A stretch of DNA of 63,158 nt, the filler included. It is 4 parts of 4 records of this genome, joined end to end, with 100 filler letters (N's around TTAATTAATTAA, not from the genome) between each part and the next. Parts side by side here need not be neighbours in the genome. Positions count along the whole stretch, not along the records: positions 58,000 to 63,158 come from DRR378314_66; 3 more parts are not named here. One strand, 5' to 3'. Below, in pieces: positions 59,075 through 63,158 of this stretch (positions are counted from its first letter, which is position 1; the number at the start of each line of letters is the position of its first letter). The translations under genes were made by a program, and so were the position numbers. The notes beneath the pieces are model-generated. The model saw only the letters and a list, made by a program, of their open reading frames with translations. It did not search any database and was not told the origin of the DNA.

Positions 59075-62000
59075 TCACCATCGCGAGCACGTCCCCGGGT
59101 CGATCGGGCTCGCGCGAACGCCGCGCGCGACCAGGCGGCACCTGTGGGCGACCAAGCGCGGCTGAAGAGCAGCGTCCGAACGGAACTGCGCGAAAACAAC
59201 GATGGAGTACACGCGCACATGTCCCAGCGTAAGCATATACGCAACGGCAGAGATGAAACGTCAGCGAATTACGAAAAGCGCCCACCGTTCATCTTGGGGC
59301 ACGTCTACTGTTCTCCACGAAAAAAGAGAGAACGTTGCCAAAGCCCGCAACATGGAGCGTCGAGCGCCAGCGGCGCCATTCGGCGGCAACGCTCATCGTG
59401 CGACCGCGCAAGTATCACCAAGAGGGCCGTCATGAAGGTACACCACCGATCGCGATCAGTTAGCCGCGGTGGAATAGGCAATCGTCAGCTATCGCGATGC
59501 GGCAGCGCGCGGGAATGTAGGGTTCCAGGAACGCTCTCGCACGACTCCCGCAGCTCCTCCTCGTCCTCCCCCCTTTCCCTCCGCGCGGAGAGACACGCGC
59601 GCACACACCTCGCCAGAGCTCCACATGCGCTCGGCGAACGCGCTCGTTCGTGGCCATGCTTTCTCCTGTATGTTCTGTGCGGCGATCTGCTCGCCCCACA
59701 GACAGGCTTCCCCGCCGAGCACGCGCTGGAGAATGTGGCAGGCAGCAAGGAAAAAGCGCATGGAGCACATTTCGTTTTCTTCAGCGGCCGCAAGCGCTCC
59801 GTCGGGTTTGCAGTCTTGGCAAATCGGCAAGTATCGTATAACCTTGGTTATCTGTCAAGCGGCGAGTGTGCGAACAGACGTGGAGAATACGAGTGCGGTG
59901 CGCACAGCGCTGCAAATCCATCGACAGAACCTGAGCGATTTTTCGTCGCGTTTCCGCTCGCTCCCAGACAGCTCGCTTCGTTCAGCCCAGAACGACCAGA
60001 TAAATATCGAACAAGACCAAGCGGCCGTTCACGATGGCGTGGAAAGAAGAAAGCGGGTGCTGTCGGTGGTTCTACTCAGGTTGCACCAATCAACTGCCGT
60101 ACCTGCTCTTCCTCGTGCGACAGTGTCAAATTCGCGAGTGGATCATTGTTATACACGTCTTCCCACGCAACGTACTGAGCTCCCTCCGTGAATCCGATAT
60201 TCAAGTACCTGCAAGATGCCGTTTTCAGATATCATGCAATGCGGTTTCCGCCCTTTCTTCGTCAGGCGAACGATAGCGAGCTTGCTGGGCACGAGGAGTC
60301 GTGCTCGAGTTACACGTAATCAACGTGCTTCGCGGCGGTTCTTCTCTCGCGCTGAGGCACTCACTCTGCGTATCAGCGAGGCACTCACGATAGGAGGGCG
60401 GTGGATTCTCACCGTCGCCACAGCACTGGGTGGATGGTCTCGGCAGACGAGTCGCCCACGCAGCCATATGCCCGAGCGAGCATACGGCGCAAACTATACC
60501 CCGCACTGACAAGGGGAGCAGAGGCAACAAACAACGAGCAAGAGTGCACAGCAAACAACCGGAAAAAAAGCGCGCGCTTGCACGTGCAAACAAAAAAACG
60601 AATTGCAACAAGTTCAACGCACAGCAAGCAAAGGAAAAAATAGCGGAGTGCGACCCGAAAAGTACGCGTCGGGCAACACAACGGGAGCGAAACAAACCCT
60701 ACCTATACACAACGAAGGACCTGTTATCTTAACCGATACTCCCCCACCCTCACCGCCAGCAGCAGCGCCGCGACGCACCATTTGTCGTCGTCGGACACGA
60801 GGACGCGGAACCCGCTCGTGACCATATTCTGAACTTCCTTGTGCCAATCAGGGCTTGCGCGCCACACAAACAAAACGGCATCACGGGGCGACACTGCAAC
60901 GCCGTCGTCGCGAACGTCCTGCAAATCGCGTCCAGCAGAGCGGCGCGGAGACGCAGTGCCGGCGAATCCCTCAGCCCTCTAGTGAGAAAGCAGCGCGCAA
61001 CAGCCAGAAGAGAGCCGAAGAGCGCTTTCTCCATCATACCGCGATCACGCGCACGGGAGATGGATAAGCGCAAGAAAAGCAGTAGTGCATCGGGCATGAT
61101 CTGCGGGGGTGGATTCTTACGTACTTGTCTACGTATCCAAAGGTGCTCGAAAACGAAGGACTGCGGCGGGTACTAGGACGACAGACGAGCGCCGTCGCGG
61201 GTCCGACGTCGCCGAAGCTCCGTCATAGCGGCGCTGTTCTTCTACAAGTAAGCAACATGCTAAAAAAATAAATACAAAGCTTTATCACAAAGGCTAGGTG
61301 ACGTGCTTCCAAGCAGTATCGCTTATTTTGGTAGTGCTCTGCGCGTTCGGCTTTGTTTCGGCCTTGCGCTCGCACGAGAAGCTCCGCCCGCGGACAGCAG
61401 CACCGCCGCGATGGCAATGGGATATCGCGACGAACGAGGATACGCGTTTCGCGCGGGAATGCCCATACCTGCCACAGCACCAGCGTGCGACCAGCGAGTT
61501 CTTCGCGCGCGATCTTGAGTAGACGGTCCACGTAATACTGGTACAGCTGCCCGAAATCGCTTCCGAACCCCTTCTTCGCCATAAACTCCACCACGCGCTG
61601 CGATTCGTTCCAGCACGCGAAATCGACTTCGTCGCCGCCGAGATGGACATACGAGTCCGGGAACATCCGCGCAACGTCGCGCAGGACCTGGAGCGGGACA
61701 CGAAGAGCCGCGTCCACAAATGAAACAACCACGCGATACCGCAACGAGGAACAAACCAGAAGAGAGCGGCGTGAGTGGGAGAAACGATCAGCGCGGAAGT
61801 GCGGAGAGACAACGTTTGATATGCAGGACGGCAATATCTGGGCAGGGAGAGTGGAACAGAACGAACAGGAGAACGAAAACGGCGGCGCAACCCGTGCTCA
61901 CGATGCCGAACGCTGCTGCAAGTTGCTATGAAAGAAAAAAAAAGGCGATAATGCAAAAGAAATGGACCATTTGAACGCAGCAGAGATTGGTCCAGGAGAA

Positions 62001-63158
62001 CTACGGGAACCGCAGCGATCGAGAACGACACGGAAGATCGAGAGAATACAAACGATCATTCAGGATCGAAATACTGGACAATCATATCGAACAGGAACTA
62101 TATATTGACAAGGTTTGTTCGTTCATCATCGATCGCTTCGTGCACTTGTCGTATATGTACTCTGGACATTTCTTTCATCCGCCTCCACGCGGAAAACGCT
62201 GCAGTTTCTTGCACCCACAGCTACCAGCTACGTCATTTAGTAAGAAAAAAAAAAGAACGCATGGTAACAGCGTCCCGTGTGGTACTCGTTCGCGATAGAG
62301 CGCGAGACTCTCGTACCGTGCGGACGACGTGGAACGTCTCTTCCTGCGACGGATCCAGCGGCGGATTGTTGATGTTCGCCGAGTGCTGCGGACACGCTGT
62401 GATGATGTTCGGGCGGCCAACACGCCACGACTGCAGCGAATACGAACCGTAGCAGGAAACAACAAGAAGGAATGACGGCGTTGTGAGAACAAGTAGGCGA
62501 GGAATCCTGGAGCTATCGAGTAGCGGGTTCGCGGCTCGCCGCACTTGCGCATTCCCCTGGCGGACAAACGCTGATCGCGCGTACCGCCGTGTGACCTGGC
62601 GTGTCGATCTCGACAACAACGCGAATACCGCGATCGCGCGCGTACGACACGACTTCTTCCACGTCCTCGGGTGTGTAGCGCTCATCCGGTGCGTACGCTC
62701 CGCGCGAAAGCTCAGGTAGCGAAGGCAGAATGAGCGGGAACGACTTGAGAAACACGCGCAAGCAGAAGAAGCGAATGGATGAACGGGAAGGGGCGCGTGA
62801 ACGTCAGACATGACAAGAGCAGTGTTTCTTGCTTCGTTTACGATGTCACAGACGCGACGAATATACGTTTTGGGAACGATGCGATTGGGGTAAGCGATTG
62901 ACTACCGGCGCGGGCGCGAAACCGCATCGAGCGGCGCAAAGAATGCGCAGTATTCCGGTGATTGTCCCGCGGTTTCCACACGGGAGCAGGCAATGTCGGA
63001 ATAGGGAACACGTCCATCTTGGTTTCCAAAGAAAGCTGGACGGCAAGATGAAGGTGCAGCTCTGCAACGGCGAAATCGCCAATGTAGGTCGCCCAAAAGG
63101 CGGAACCTTTGCACCAGAAGACAAGCTATCGCGCTCTCGATCGTACCTGAGCGTCCAC
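59075..63158 (-). CDS. Eukaryotic spliced GH20 beta-N-acetylhexosaminidase, 5'-truncated. Exons 63158-63147, 62743-62585, 62430-62317, 61687-61469, 60918-60779, 60208-60103, 59725-59609, 59161-59075
   Basis: Every junction is GT...AG and phases are consistent. The spliced product reads VDAQ|SFPL...RGIRVVVEIDTPGHTA|SW...|...HLGGDEVDFACW...LWQ|D...VW...K-W|YLN...WEDVY..DP|RVLGGEACLWGE...WPRTSAFAERMWS|PRLVAHRCRLVARGVRASPIDPGTC. This is collinear with HEXA/HEXB catalytic domains. Confidence 0.9.

Noticed and set aside
59144-60178. 344-aa plus-strand ORF and other long ORFs in contig 4
   Set aside because: Low-complexity Arg/Ser-rich translations antisense to the spliced hexosaminidase, with no domain motifs.
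1-63158. CRISPR arrays, tRNA/rRNA genes, transposases, integrases
   Set aside because: None seen by eye. The short repeats found lack unique spacers. A tRNAscan/Infernal run would be needed to exclude small RNAs.

Overview
The window is not one locus. It is four contigs joined by 100-nt spacers (N-run, TTAATTAATTAA, N-run) at 9865-9964, 32783-32882 and 57900-57999. Contig 1 (1-9864, gammaproteobacterial, Halomonas-like by inference) holds a truncated DHA2 MFS pump, a seven-gene yjfI-pspA-K+ channel-yjfK-yjfL-yjfM-yjfC envelope-stress operon, lysS and prfB with its programmed +1 frameshift. Contig 2 (9965-32782, Rhodobacteraceae-like by inference) holds phnM (partial) and acnB. It also carries an accessory signalling island: a group I truncated haemoglobin 3 nt upstream of an sGC-like PAS/coiled-coil/adenylate cyclase, a methyltransferase and an alpha/beta hydrolase, divergent from a soluble multi-PAS hybrid kinase, an OmpR regulator and an atypical P450. 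The rest of contig 2 is ABC-transporter pseudogene scars, a HAD phosphatase, an M20 amidohydrolase, znuA/zur-znuCB with Zur boxes, and an FMN glutamate-synthase-like/ThDP enzyme/aldehyde dehydrogenase operon. Contig 3 (32883-57899, Halomonas-like) holds a COG0523 GTPase, a RecQ-like helicase, SulP plus a sulfurtransferase, tcdA, truC, sodC, cstA, a Zur-boxed Opp/Nik-type ABC system with a fused permease, bfd-bfr, lptFG, pepA, ilvE, holC, an MFS and valS (partial). Contig 4 (58000-63158) is eukaryotic: a GT-AG spliced GH20 beta-hexosaminidase gene whose eight exon segments can be reconstructed by hand. The best candidates for undescribed systems are the split globin-cyclase sensor island, the Zur-controlled peptide/metallophore ABC importer and the putative 2-oxo-acid decarboxylase shunt.
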